Shown here piece by piece: positions 26,016 through 34,751 of a stretch of 64,000 nucleotides of DNA. Numbering within the stretch: the stretch's first letter is position 1; every line of letters begins with the position of its first letter. The notes below the pieces were generated by a model. That model was not told the origin of the DNA. It saw only the letters and a program-made list of their open reading frames with translations, and did no database searches. This stretch comes from Acidimicrobiaceae bacterium (GTDB lineage: Bacteria > Actinomycetota > Acidimicrobiia > Acidimicrobiales > Aldehydirespiratoraceae), in the NCBI GenBank assembly GCA_009835735.1, contig VXWX01000010.1:29772-93771 (forward strand), read 5' to 3'. The translations under genes were made by a program, and so were the position numbers.

Positions 26016-27754
26016 CAGCGGTCGACTCCGCCGTACACGGCCACCACTTCGGGGGCGTTCTCGACCTCGGCCACGGTTCCGTCGGCCAGCAGTGATCCCC
26101 TTGCCAGCACGGTCACCCGGTCCGCCACTGCCCGGATGAACGCCATGTCGTGCTCAACGATCAGCACCGGCAGCCCGTAGTCGGTGTGCACCTCCCGCAG
26201 GAGCTCGGCCGCCGCGAGGCTCTCCGCCGCTGTCATGCCGGCGGTCGGCTCGTCGAGCAGCAGGACGCGGCAATGCCCCGCCATCGCCATGGCGATCTCC
26301 AGCCACTGCTTGTCGCCGTGTGAGAGCCCCCCGGCACCGGAGCCGGCCCGTGCGTCGAGACCGGTGCGCTCCAGTATCCGCAGCGATGCCTGCGGCACCG
26401 GGGCCTCCCAGGCAGCGAAGGTCAGTCGCCAGGGCGAGGGGTCGGCTCCCCAGGCCGCCACCGCGATGTTCTCGGCCACCGACAGCGAACCGATGACCTG
26501 GGGCGACTGGAACTTGCGGCTCACGCCGTGGCGGGCGAACTCCCAGGCTTTCAGCCCTGTGCAGTCCCGTCTGAGCATGGTGATCGAGCCGTTCTGGCAG
26601 TCCTGCTGGCCGCAGAGGATGTCCAGGAGGGTGGACTTGCCCGCGCCGTTGGGGCCGATGAGGCAGCGCAGCTCCGGTTCGTCCATGGTGAGGGTGACGT
26701 TGTCGAGGACCTTGAAGAACCCGAAGGTCTTGTCCACGCCGGTGGCCTCGAACACCGCTGAACCGCTGCCGGCGGCGATGGTGGGGGCGGTGGCCGACAG
26801 CGGCAGGTCGCGGCTGCGCCTCGGTGGGCGTCCCGCCATTCTCAGGAGGCTGGGGACCAGCCCTTCGGGGACGAGGGCCACCGCCGCGACGAAGATCACG
26901 CCGGTGGCCAGGGTCCAGTACTGCAGCCACACGTCGGCGAGGGTCGCCGTGGCGAAGTTGATGGCCAAGGTGCCGATGACGGGTCCGATGATCGTTCCCC
27001 GACCGCCGACGAGCGTCCACAGCACCACGTTGGTGGCGAGGGCGAAGCCGAAGATCTGGGGAGACACGAAGCCGGTCCGGTGCACGTAGAGGGCGCCGGC
27101 CAGGCCGGCTACGGCCCCTCCGACGGTGAAGACCCACACCTTGAGGGCAACGGTGTCGTAGCCCAGCGCCTCCATGCGGCGCTCGTTGTCGCGGATGCCG
27201 ATGAGCACCGCTCCGATGGGCCTGCTCACCAACAGACCTACGCATGTGATGACGAGGACGGCCACGACCGAGATGAACAGGTCCTGGGCGCTGTCGGACC
27301 ACTCCGACCCGAATGCGGTGATGCGTGGGATGTCGGTCAGGCCGTTGAAACCGCCGGTCACGTCGCGCCACTGCTCCGCGACCTGCTCGAGGGTGAGCGA
27401 CAGCACCAGGGTCAACAGCCCGATTACGACCGGTGTGGGCCGGCGCCGGAACGCGGCGATACCGACACCGGCCGCGACGGTCGCGCCGACCAGCGTCCCC
27501 ACCAGCAGCGCGGGCAGGGTCAGGGCCGGTGCGGCCGCGGCCATTCGGGCGGTGGTGTAGGCCGCGATCCCGAAGGGCAGCAGTTGGCCCAGCGAGAGGA
27601 TCCCCGCGTAACCCCAGACCAGGTCGAGGCTGACGGCTAGCACGGCGAGGCTCAGGAACAGCGATAGCTGCCCGGCCCGGAAGTCACCCAGAGTGACGCT
27701 GGCGACGGCCGCGGCCACCGCCGCGGTCGCGCCGTAGCTGAGGGGCCGCTTCAC
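26015..27754 (-). CDS. Fused ABC permease-ATPase (UrtC+UrtD / LivM+LivG-like)
   Basis: LDLVWGYAGILSLG, IRDNERR..LGY, then GPNGAGKS, LSHG, DEPTAG; GTG 27754 overlaps the upstream stop. Confidence 0.85.
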   Translation of the reverse strand: MKRPLSYGATAAVAAAVASVTLGDFRAGQLSLFLSLAVLAVSLDLVWGYAGILSLGQLLPFGIAAYTTARMAAAAPALTLPALLVGTLVGATVAAGVGIAAFRRRPTPVVIGLLTLVLSLTLEQVAEQWRDVTGGFNGLTDIPRITAFGSEWSDSAQDLFISVVAVLVITCVGLLVSRPIGAVLIGIRDNERRMEALGYDTVALKVWVFTVGGAVAGLAGALYVHRTGFVSPQIFGFALATNVVLWTLVGGRGTIIGPVIGTLAINFATATLADVWLQYWTLATGVIFVAAVALVPEGLVPSLLRMAGRPPRRSRDLPLSATAPTIAAGSGSAVFEATGVDKTFGFFKVLDNVTLTMDEPELRCLIGPNGAGKSTLLDILCGQQDCQNGSITMLRRDCTGLKAWEFARHGVSRKFQSPQVIGSLSVAENIAVAAWGADPSPWRLTFAAWEAPVPQASLRILERTGLDARAGSGAGGLSHGDKQWLEIAMAMAGHCRVLLLDEPTAGMTAAESLAAAELLREVHTDYGLPVLIVEHDMAFIRAVADRVTVLARGSLLADGTVAEVENAPEVVAVYGGVDR

Positions 27755-28605
27755 GCCACCGCTCCGGCCGGTGTGGGCCGCCGGAACTGAAGGACCAGCA
27801 CCGCCAGCGCCAGGGACGCGATCTGGGCCCACACCGCGTCGTAGAAGTGGATGACACCCGTCTGGACCGCGGCCACGGCCAGCGCGCCCACCGCCACGCC
27901 CCAGAGCCGGTTGTAGCCCCCGACGATCACCACCAGGAAGGCGCCCGGGAGATAGGCGAGACCGGCCTGCGGCTCGACGGCACCCAGCGGCGCCACCAGC
28001 GCTCCGGCTATCCCTGCTGTGGCGGCGCCCACACCGAACGCGCAGAGGTTGGTCATCCCGGTGCGGATGCCCGCCGATTCGGCCAGGTCGCGATCGGCGA
28101 CGATGGCCCGCACCACCAAGCCGAAACGGGACCGGGTGAACGCCAACAGGGTGGCCGCCACAATCACGGCTGCGATCGCGATGAGCAGGTAGCGGTATGT
28201 CGGGAACAGGACGCCGAAGGCCCTTGTTGCGCCCGGTACCGGGTTGGGGACGCTCTGGAAGTCCTTGCTGAACACCAGCTCGGCGATCTGGCGGAGGCAC
28301 ACCGACAGCCCGAACGTGGCCAGGATCGTCAGCTCGGGCTGGCGATGAATACGCCGGATCAGGCCCACCTCGATAACCACGCCCAACACGAACAGCACGA
28401 CCGCGGCCAGCGGCACGCTCAGCCAGTGGTTGAGCCCGACGGTGTGCACTACGTAGGCGACGTAGGCGCCGAGCATCACGAACTCGCCGTGGGCGAGGTT
28501 GATCACGCCCATGAGGCCGAAGACGATTCCGAGTCCGAGCGCGACGATGGCGAGGATCGCGAAGAGGCTGACGCCATTCAGCAGTTCGAGTGTCAGCGCG
28601 TCCAA
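27751..28605 (-). CDS. ABC permease (UrtB/LivH-like)
   Basis: FGLMGVINLAHGEFVMLGAY. Confidence 0.9.
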   Translation of the reverse strand: MDALTLELLNGVSLFAILAIVALGLGIVFGLMGVINLAHGEFVMLGAYVAYVVHTVGLNHWLSVPLAAVVLFVLGVVIEVGLIRRIHRQPELTILATFGLSVCLRQIAELVFSKDFQSVPNPVPGATRAFGVLFPTYRYLLIAIAAVIVAATLLAFTRSRFGLVVRAIVADRDLAESAGIRTGMTNLCAFGVGAATAGIAGALVAPLGAVEPQAGLAYLPGAFLVVIVGGYNRLWGVAVGALAVAAVQTGVIHFYDAVWAQIASLALAVLVLQFRRPTPAGAVA

Positions 28606-28641
28606 GTGCTCTCGTTCCGGTTTGTGGGGCGCTCAGGGTCT

Positions 28642-28685
28642 GAGTCGGTGCGGGCGCTGGAAGAAGACTGCGCCCGCACCGACTC
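28642..28685. terminator. 16-bp perfect stem-loop after the SBP gene (mRNA stabiliser or partial terminator)
   Basis: gagtcggtgcgggcgc-12 nt-gcgcccgcaccgactc. Confidence 0.7.
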
Positions 28686-28717
28686 TCAACCGGCTGCGAC
28701 GAAGGCCCTACTTGGGG

Positions 28718-30109
28718 CTAGGCCGGGTCGCAGGTCTCGTCGGGCTCCACCGAGGCGAACGACTGCACGATCAGCTGCGAGCCGTCGGCCTGTATCTCAG
28801 CCACGTAGATGGGCTGGGCCAGATGACGGCTGCCGGTGATCGATATGTCTCCGGTCGGTGTGGTCATCGACAGACCCTCCATGGCGGCCGCCACCGCTGC
28901 GGTGTCGGTGGTTCCCGCTGCATTGGCTGCGGCCGCATACAGCAGCGCGGCGTCGTAGATGTGGGAGCTGAACGTCATGTGGGGAGGCGCGTCCGCTCCG
29001 AAGCGCTCGAAGTAGCGGCCCACGAACGCGTTGTTTAGGGCGCTGTCGACCTCCTTGAAGTAGCCGAGGGTGACCCGCATGCCTGCGGTGACCGCCGGTC
29101 CCATCGCTCCCAGGACGTTCTCCTCATAGATATTCGCCAGTCTCGGGATGGCGTCCTGGCCGATGCCGAAGTCCACTGCCTGGGTCTCGAAGGCGATGGC
29201 GTCGCCGCCTACAAGCGCTGGGAAGATCAGGTCAGCGCCAGATCCTGCGATGATCTGGGCAACCGACGAGAAGTCTTGAGTGCCCAGCGGGACGTACTCC
29301 TCGCCGACCACCTCGCCGCCGGCCGCCTCGATGTACTGGCGAGCCCACTCGAAGCTGCGGCGGGGCCACACGTAGTCGTTGCCGAGCAGGAACCAGGTCT
29401 GGCCGCCGGTCTGCTCCATCATCCACGGGATCACGGGCGCAAGTTGCTGGCTGGGCACCTCGCCGGTGTTGAACATCACCGAAGAGCACTCGCCGCCCTC
29501 GTACAGGGCCGCGTAGATGTAGAGGACATTGGCGTCCTCCGCCAGCGGCTTGGCGGCCTGGCGCGTCGCGCTCGAGTGGGTGCCGAGGACCACGTCGACG
29601 TTGTCGGAGTCGATCAGCTGCTCCATGGCCTGCCGGCCGACGGCAGGATCGGTGGCGTCGTCGGCCAGGTACGTCTCCACGGGCCGGCCGTTGATGCCTC
29701 CGGCCGCGTTGATGTCCTCTTCGATGAATTCGGCGATGTTGGAAGTGGGCGGACCGAAGAGGCCGGCCGGACCGCTGTTCGAGAACAGGATCCCGATGCG
29801 CACGGGCTCTCCCGAAGGCTCGGCCGGCTCCTGCGGCTCAGGCTCGTCGGGCGCCTCGGTGGTCTCAGGCTCGGGAGCCTCGGTCGTCTCCGGCTCGTCG
29901 GGTTCCGGCACCTCGGGAGCCTCGGTCGTCTCGGGCTCGGGTGCTTCCTCTGAGTCGGTGGATTCGGCGCCCGTGTCGGTCGCGGCCGGAGCATCCGGGG
30001 TCCCGTCGTCATCTTCTCCGCAGGCCGCGGCGACTAGAGCAAGGAGCGCGACGAGCGCGGCCACGAACCACAAGCGAGACCGCGAGCGGGAGTCCTGTAT
30101 TGTTCTCAT
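28718..30109 (-). CDS. Amide/urea ABC substrate-binding lipoprotein (UrtA/AmiC/FmdD family)
   Basis: Lipobox VAAAC, YEGGE, GNDYVWP, LVGGD. Confidence 0.88.
   Translation of the reverse strand: MRTIQDSRSRSRLWFVAALVALLALVAAACGEDDDGTPDAPAATDTGAESTDSEEAPEPETTEAPEVPEPDEPETTEAPEPETTEAPDEPEPQEPAEPSGEPVRIGILFSNSGPAGLFGPPTSNIAEFIEEDINAAGGINGRPVETYLADDATDPAVGRQAMEQLIDSDNVDVVLGTHSSATRQAAKPLAEDANVLYIYAALYEGGECSSVMFNTGEVPSQQLAPVIPWMMEQTGGQTWFLLGNDYVWPRRSFEWARQYIEAAGGEVVGEEYVPLGTQDFSSVAQIIAGSGADLIFPALVGGDAIAFETQAVDFGIGQDAIPRLANIYEENVLGAMGPAVTAGMRVTLGYFKEVDSALNNAFVGRYFERFGADAPPHMTFSSHIYDAALLYAAAANAAGTTDTAAVAAAMEGLSMTTPTGDISITGSRHLAQPIYVAEIQADGSQLIVQSFASVEPDETCDPA
29841..29950. repeat. Coding repeats (EPETTEAP x3) forming an acidic linker in the SBP
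   Basis: Visible in the translation and DNA. Confidence 0.75.
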
Positions 30110-30126
30110 AACAAAGCCCTCCTATA

Positions 30127-30144
30127 TGTGAGCAGTTATTGACA
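30127..30144. promoter_or_regulatory. 18-bp operator A (putative ArsR site)
   Basis: TGTCAATAACTGCTCACA (minus strand); 15/18 identical to 32051-32068. Confidence 0.65.
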
Positions 30145-30218
30145 TATTGTCGGATAGGAGGGGCGCGGTCAAGTCTCGAAAGGTCACCCGCCGGCGACGG
30201 GCAACCGGTGCCGGCAAG

Positions 30219-31658
30219 TCAGGACGCTTGGGTGGCGGCCGGGAGTTCGTCCAGGACCCGCACGCCAGAACGGGTCGCTTCGCCCAGCAGCAGCGACTCG
30301 AGGGAGCCGCCCAGGGTGCAGCGCCGAGGACCGTTGAACCTGGATCTGCGCAGGCCGCTCAGCAGTGCGGTCGGCTCCACTCCCCCGCCGGCCCGGCACG
30401 AGCGGGCCCAGGTGTGGATCGCTTCGTACACGCCCTCCGCGGCTGCCGAGACCGGCGGTGAGCAGGACCCGAACCGGTCCGAGTAGCGCCGGAGGAACTC
30501 GCGGTTCTCCGAGGTGTCGAGCGCGACGAAGTAGCCCAGCGCGTTCCAGGTGCCCTCACCGGACTCGCCGAGATGCTCGACCACGGCGTCGTCCATGAGC
30601 GGGGCGAACGTTCGGATGCTGTCTCTGAGGCCGGATGCCGCGAAGTCGCGCTGGAAGCCGACATGGTCCTGGCCGACGAAGCTCGACACCACGTGGTCGA
30701 CACCGCTCCGCTGGATGGCTGCCAGCAGCGGTTCGAAATTCTGCGATCCCAACGGCAGGTAGCCCTCACCGGCGACATGGCCGTCCATGCGTTCGATGAC
30801 GGCCCTCGCTGTCGCGCCGACCGCTCGGGGCCACGAGTAGTCGTTGCCGGCCAGGAACCAGCGGGACCCGCCCGTCTGTGCCGCCATGAGCGGCAGGGCC
30901 CGGTGGAGCTGATCCATCGGCGTCTCGCCGAAGCGGACGAGCAGTGGATGTTCTGCGGTCGGCTCACTGGTCGGCGTGTAGAGATACGGGATGCCCTTCG
31001 CTACCGCCATGGGAGCGGTGACCGCGTAAGTGGCCGAGGAGTGCATCCCGATCACGGCGGCCAGACCCGGTGTGCGGCACAGGCGGCGCATGGCGATCGC
31101 GCCTACGCCTGGGTCGGTGGCGTCATCGCCTACGACCAGTCTGACGGCTCGGCCCATCACACCACCGTCGGCGTTGATCTCCTCGACAGCGAGCTGTGCG
31201 CAGTTCGCAGTCGAGCGGCCCAGGATCCCCGCAGGACCTGACAGGGAGATCAGGAGCCCAAGAGGCACCTCCCACCATCCCGTCTCGTAGCCGCCGAGCA
31301 GCCCCAACTCAGCGCCGAGGCGAGCCACTTCGACGTCATCGATCGTCACACGTACCCGCAGCCGTGTGCCCCCGCTGTCCAACGGGTCGAAGCGGCAAAC
31401 GACACGGCCCGCCCACGGTGTCTCGTGCATCAGGTCGATACGACGGTTCGGCTGGCACGAGAGCACCCGGGCCGTCCCCGGCGACCGGGCCAGGCCGCCG
31501 AGGGGAAGCGCCAGGCGGACCAGTGAACCGGGCCTCAGCAGGGGTGCCTCAGACCCGAACAGCCACCCGACGGCCGCGTCGCCCTGGCCGAAGAGCGCGA
31601 ACAGTTCGCTGGGGCAGGCCTCCAGCCGGAGTTCGTTGTTGAGGATGAGCTCACCCAT
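30219..31658 (-). CDS. SRPBCC domain fused to an AmiC-like amide-binding domain (cytoplasmic sensor)
   Basis: START/AHSA1-like N-terminus with no signal peptide; C-terminal domain paralogous to the SBP (DDATDP, HSSAT, GNDYSWP). Confidence 0.72.
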   Translation of the reverse strand: MGELILNNELRLEACPSELFALFGQGDAAVGWLFGSEAPLLRPGSLVRLALPLGGLARSPGTARVLSCQPNRRIDLMHETPWAGRVVCRFDPLDSGGTRLRVRVTIDDVEVARLGAELGLLGGYETGWWEVPLGLLISLSGPAGILGRSTANCAQLAVEEINADGGVMGRAVRLVVGDDATDPGVGAIAMRRLCRTPGLAAVIGMHSSATYAVTAPMAVAKGIPYLYTPTSEPTAEHPLLVRFGETPMDQLHRALPLMAAQTGGSRWFLAGNDYSWPRAVGATARAVIERMDGHVAGEGYLPLGSQNFEPLLAAIQRSGVDHVVSSFVGQDHVGFQRDFAASGLRDSIRTFAPLMDDAVVEHLGESGEGTWNALGYFVALDTSENREFLRRYSDRFGSCSPPVSAAAEGVYEAIHTWARSCRAGGGVEPTALLSGLRRSRFNGPRRCTLGGSLESLLLGEATRSGVRVLDELPAATQAS

Positions 31659-31668
31659 GAGACCGCGT

Positions 31669-32034
31669 CTAGGCGCTGCGCTCTTCGACTCGGCCAGCAG
31701 GGGTGTCCTCCGAGGTGGCCGCGCCCTGCACGGCCGACGCGAGCTGCTCCAAGGAGTTCTGGTACACGGAGGTGAGGAAGGCCACCACCGCGTCTGCCGG
31801 GGTAGGGGTGACCGAGTAGTGCCGGAACCGGCCGTCGCGGCGCTCTGCCACCAGCCCGGCGAGGCGGAGAATACGCAGGTGCGACGACACGGCGGTACGT
31901 CCCAACGAGTCGAAATGCGCGGCGATCTCGCCCGCGGTCAACTCCTCATGCTCGCCGATCAGGCTGAGGATGGCCCGTCGGGTGGGGTCGGCGAGAGCCG
32001 AGAAGATGGCGTCACTGTCGGAGGGGGCCATCAC
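31669..32034 (-). CDS. ArsR/SmtB family regulator
   Basis: FSALADPTRRAIL..TAGEIA..AVSSHLRILRLAGLV..RDGR..Y. Confidence 0.92.
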   Translation of the reverse strand: MMAPSDSDAIFSALADPTRRAILSLIGEHEELTAGEIAAHFDSLGRTAVSSHLRILRLAGLVAERRDGRFRHYSVTPTPADAVVAFLTSVYQNSLEQLASAVQGAATSEDTPAGRVEERSA

Positions 32035-32050
32035 GCCTCCTGTGTCTGCT

Positions 32051-32068
32051 TGTCAATACTTGCGCACA
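32051..32068. promoter_or_regulatory. 18-bp operator B upstream of arsR
   Basis: TGTCAATACTTGCGCACA. Confidence 0.65.
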
Positions 32069-32195
32069 CATACTGTCACACTGTCGATCAGCCCGTCCTG
32101 TGATCCGGCGAACGCCTCAGGCTGAGTTCGTGCTTTTTTACGGGAATTATATACGAAGGTTGCGAAATGGCGTACCCCGGTGGTAGAGTGAAGCC

Positions 32196-33203
32196 ATGAA
32201 CACCGAGGTAGAGACACATAAAGCACCCGGCCGGAGCCACCGGCAGGGTATCGATCTGATCGAGTTGATGGACCGCTTCGACAGCGACGACGCGGCCCGT
32301 GTCTGGTTCGAGTCGATCATCTGGCCCGACGGCCGCATCTGCGGTCACTGCGACTCGACGAACACCATCGAGGCGGTGCATCGGTCGATGCCCTACCGGT
32401 GCCGCGACTGCTCGGGCTACTTCTCGGTCAAGACCGGCACCGCTATTGAGTCGTCCAAGATCGGGCTGCGCAAGTGGGCCATCGCCATCTACCTCGAACT
32501 GACCAGCCTCAAAGGCGTCAGCTCCATGAAGCTGCACCGAGACCTAGGAGTGACTCAGAAGACGGCGTGGTACATGCTGCACCGCATCCGCGAGAGCTTC
32601 GCAGTCCTCGCCGACGTCGTGGCGATGCAAGGCCCGATAGAGGTGGACACCACCTACATCGGCGGCCTGGAGAAGAACAAGCACGCCAACAAGAAGCTCC
32701 GCGCCGGTCGCGGACCCGTCGGCAAGGCCGCAGTGATCGGTGCAGCCGACCGAGCCACCGGCAAGGTCACCGCCGCGGTCGTCGACGCCGAGACAGCCGC
32801 CACCGCGGACGCGTTCCTAGCGGACCACGCAGCCGAAGGCGCGGCCGTCTACACCGACGAAGCCAGCGCCTACCAGCATCTGCCGAACCACGAAGCGGTC
32901 AGCCACTCAGCGGGCGAGTACGTCAAGTACCTCGACGGGGTGAACATCGACACCAACGCCGTCGAGTCGCTGTGGTCCACGATCAAGCGAGCCCACAAAG
33001 GCGTCTACCACCACCTGTCAGCCAAGCACCTGCAGCGCTACATCGACAGCTTCGCAGCGAAGCGCAACATCCGCGACGCCGACACGGCGGACCAGATGGC
33101 CGCTGTAGTGGCGTCGATGTTCGGCCGACACATCACCTACCGGGAACTGGTCGGGGCGCCTCAGCCGCTCGGCCAGACGCAACTAGCGCTCGAACCCTGG
33201 TAG
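32196..33203 (+). CDS. IS1595-family transposase
   Basis: Zn ribbon CGHC..CRDC, KGVSSMKLHRDLGVTQKTAW, EVDTTYIGG, YTDE, TNAVES. Confidence 0.95.
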   Translation: MNTEVETHKAPGRSHRQGIDLIELMDRFDSDDAARVWFESIIWPDGRICGHCDSTNTIEAVHRSMPYRCRDCSGYFSVKTGTAIESSKIGLRKWAIAIYLELTSLKGVSSMKLHRDLGVTQKTAWYMLHRIRESFAVLADVVAMQGPIEVDTTYIGGLEKNKHANKKLRAGRGPVGKAAVIGAADRATGKVTAAVVDAETAATADAFLADHAAEGAAVYTDEASAYQHLPNHEAVSHSAGEYVKYLDGVNIDTNAVESLWSTIKRAHKGVYHHLSAKHLQRYIDSFAAKRNIRDADTADQMAAVVASMFGRHITYRELVGAPQPLGQTQLALEPW

Positions 33204-33225
33204 ACCTCAGCCGCCGAGGGGTCGC

Positions 33226-33477
33226 TCAAATGCCCAAATGGTCCTCGATCTTGTCGAGACGCCGGTTGTTTAGTATCTGCCGCTGAACAATCGACGACTG
33301 CGCGAACTCGATGCTGTCCAAGCGCGTCTCAACACCCGATACGCGCTCTGAGACCTGCCCAAGCTCTTGCTCGATGCGGTCTAGTTGCTCACGGATCTGG
33401 CGCTGCCCGTCCGCAACGCTGGCAAGCAACTGATAAACCTGATCGATTGTGTGTTCTTCCACAGCCTTTTGCACCAC
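33226..33477 (-). CDS. Small coiled-coil hypothetical protein (IS passenger)
   Basis: Heptad pattern; lower GC. Confidence 0.55.
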   Translation of the reverse strand: MVQKAVEEHTIDQVYQLLASVADGQRQIREQLDRIEQELGQVSERVSGVETRLDSIEFAQSSIVQRQILNNRRLDKIEDHLGI

Positions 33478-33719
33478 CCTACTTTGCTGGCTGGTTCGAC
33501 TGTAGCGCTCGCCGCGCGGGGCGCGGCCACACCGGGCTTGTCGGCGCGCCTCCGTGGTGTCTTATGGTGCTGGTTGCCGTGCAGCATCGCAGGCTCAGCC
33601 GGAGCCCGCTTCAAGACCTAGCCGCCCGAGAACGGGGCTTGTCGTCATGGTTCCCTTCGGGGCTAGGTCACAAGGTGTTGCACGGCAAACGACACCCCGA
33701 CTCTCCGAAGGGAACCACC

Positions 33720-34535
33720 ATGCGCCGACTCATCTCAGTCGCCCTAATCGTTGTCGCCGTGCTCGTTGTAGGCGGCACCGTGGCCGCCCAGAGCGTGCAG
33801 CGCTTCTCGGACGTGCCCGCGAACCATCCAGCAGCCGAAGCCATCGAGTGGGCTGCGGTGTCGGGGGTGACCGTCGGTTACGGCGATGGCACGTTCCGGC
33901 CCGAGGTGCCGCTGTCGAAACAGCATGCGGTGATCTTCATGGAACGCTTCTACGACGACATCCTCGGAGCCGAATCCTCACCCGATTTCACTCGCGGCGA
34001 CATGATGATGGTGCTGCACAACATGTCCGGCCCGACCAACATCGAGCCCGACGACGCTCTCGGCGACGCGTTCGATCTGGTGACGTTGCCGCCGACCACC
34101 TCCATCTACGGCGTCAATCTGCAATATGACGGCGGGGTGCGGCTCATTCTGTCCGCCACCCAGTTGCTTGGCCCTGAGAACCGCAGGCCGTCGGGTGGGT
34201 GGCTGCGGCTCATCTGCTCAACCACGACGGGGTGGGCATGGTTGGCGACGTTCGACATCGGAGGTGCGGACGCTGTTCTGCCGCAACTCTATGAGGGCCT
34301 CAACATCCGTGTGGACGGCGGTGCGTGGCGGGGGTTGCGCACCACCCAGAGCCAAGCACCAGGCCGGCCCCCGGCCCATGACAGTTGGGAGGTCACCGAC
34401 GCCGATGCGCTGATGTCGGTGATCGTCGCCGGAGCGACGCTCGAGGTGCAGGTGCTCAACAACAAGGGTGCCGTCTTTGATGTCTCGGAGTTGCGGCTGT
34501 TCCGCGACTTCGTGCCCGACCGGTGCCGATGGTGA
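33720..34535 (+). CDS. Exported S-layer-homology (SLH) domain protein (IS passenger)
   Basis: Signal peptide MRRLISVALI..AAQ, then FSDVP..HPAAEAIEWA..GVTVGYGDGTFRP. Confidence 0.82.
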   Translation: MRRLISVALIVVAVLVVGGTVAAQSVQRFSDVPANHPAAEAIEWAAVSGVTVGYGDGTFRPEVPLSKQHAVIFMERFYDDILGAESSPDFTRGDMMMVLHNMSGPTNIEPDDALGDAFDLVTLPPTTSIYGVNLQYDGGVRLILSATQLLGPENRRPSGGWLRLICSTTTGWAWLATFDIGGADAVLPQLYEGLNIRVDGGAWRGLRTTQSQAPGRPPAHDSWEVTDADALMSVIVAGATLEVQVLNNKGAVFDVSELRLFRDFVPDRCRW

Positions 34536-34598
34536 CTTCCCACAGGTACGGGCTGCTATGCTTCCGTACAGATGTACGGCGCGAGAAGGGAGACTTCG

Positions 34599-34733
34599 AT
34601 GAGCACCAAGAAGCGTGAGCACAAGCGACGGTCAATGCCGTCGCCGGTACTCCAACAGGATGCCGAAGCGACACCAGAACAGGTAGCTGCGGCGTTGCTT
34701 CGTCGCACCGCGAAGCCTCAGGCGTCGGGCTAG
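34599..34733 (+). CDS. 44-aa peptide near the IS right end
   Basis: Manual translation MSTKKREHKRRSMPSPVLQQDAEATPEQVAAALLRRTAKPQASG; GGAG RBS. Confidence 0.5.
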   Translation: MSTKKREHKRRSMPSPVLQQDAEATPEQVAAALLRRTAKPQASG

Positions 34734-34751
34734 AGCGGTCACACGACCAGG

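Noticed and set aside
23925-26180. 751-aa + strand ORF, and similar long ORFs at 11104-13080, 37614-39524, 47372-48997 and 61961-63706
   Set aside because: Antisense or off-frame shadows of well-supported genes, expected in high-GC DNA.
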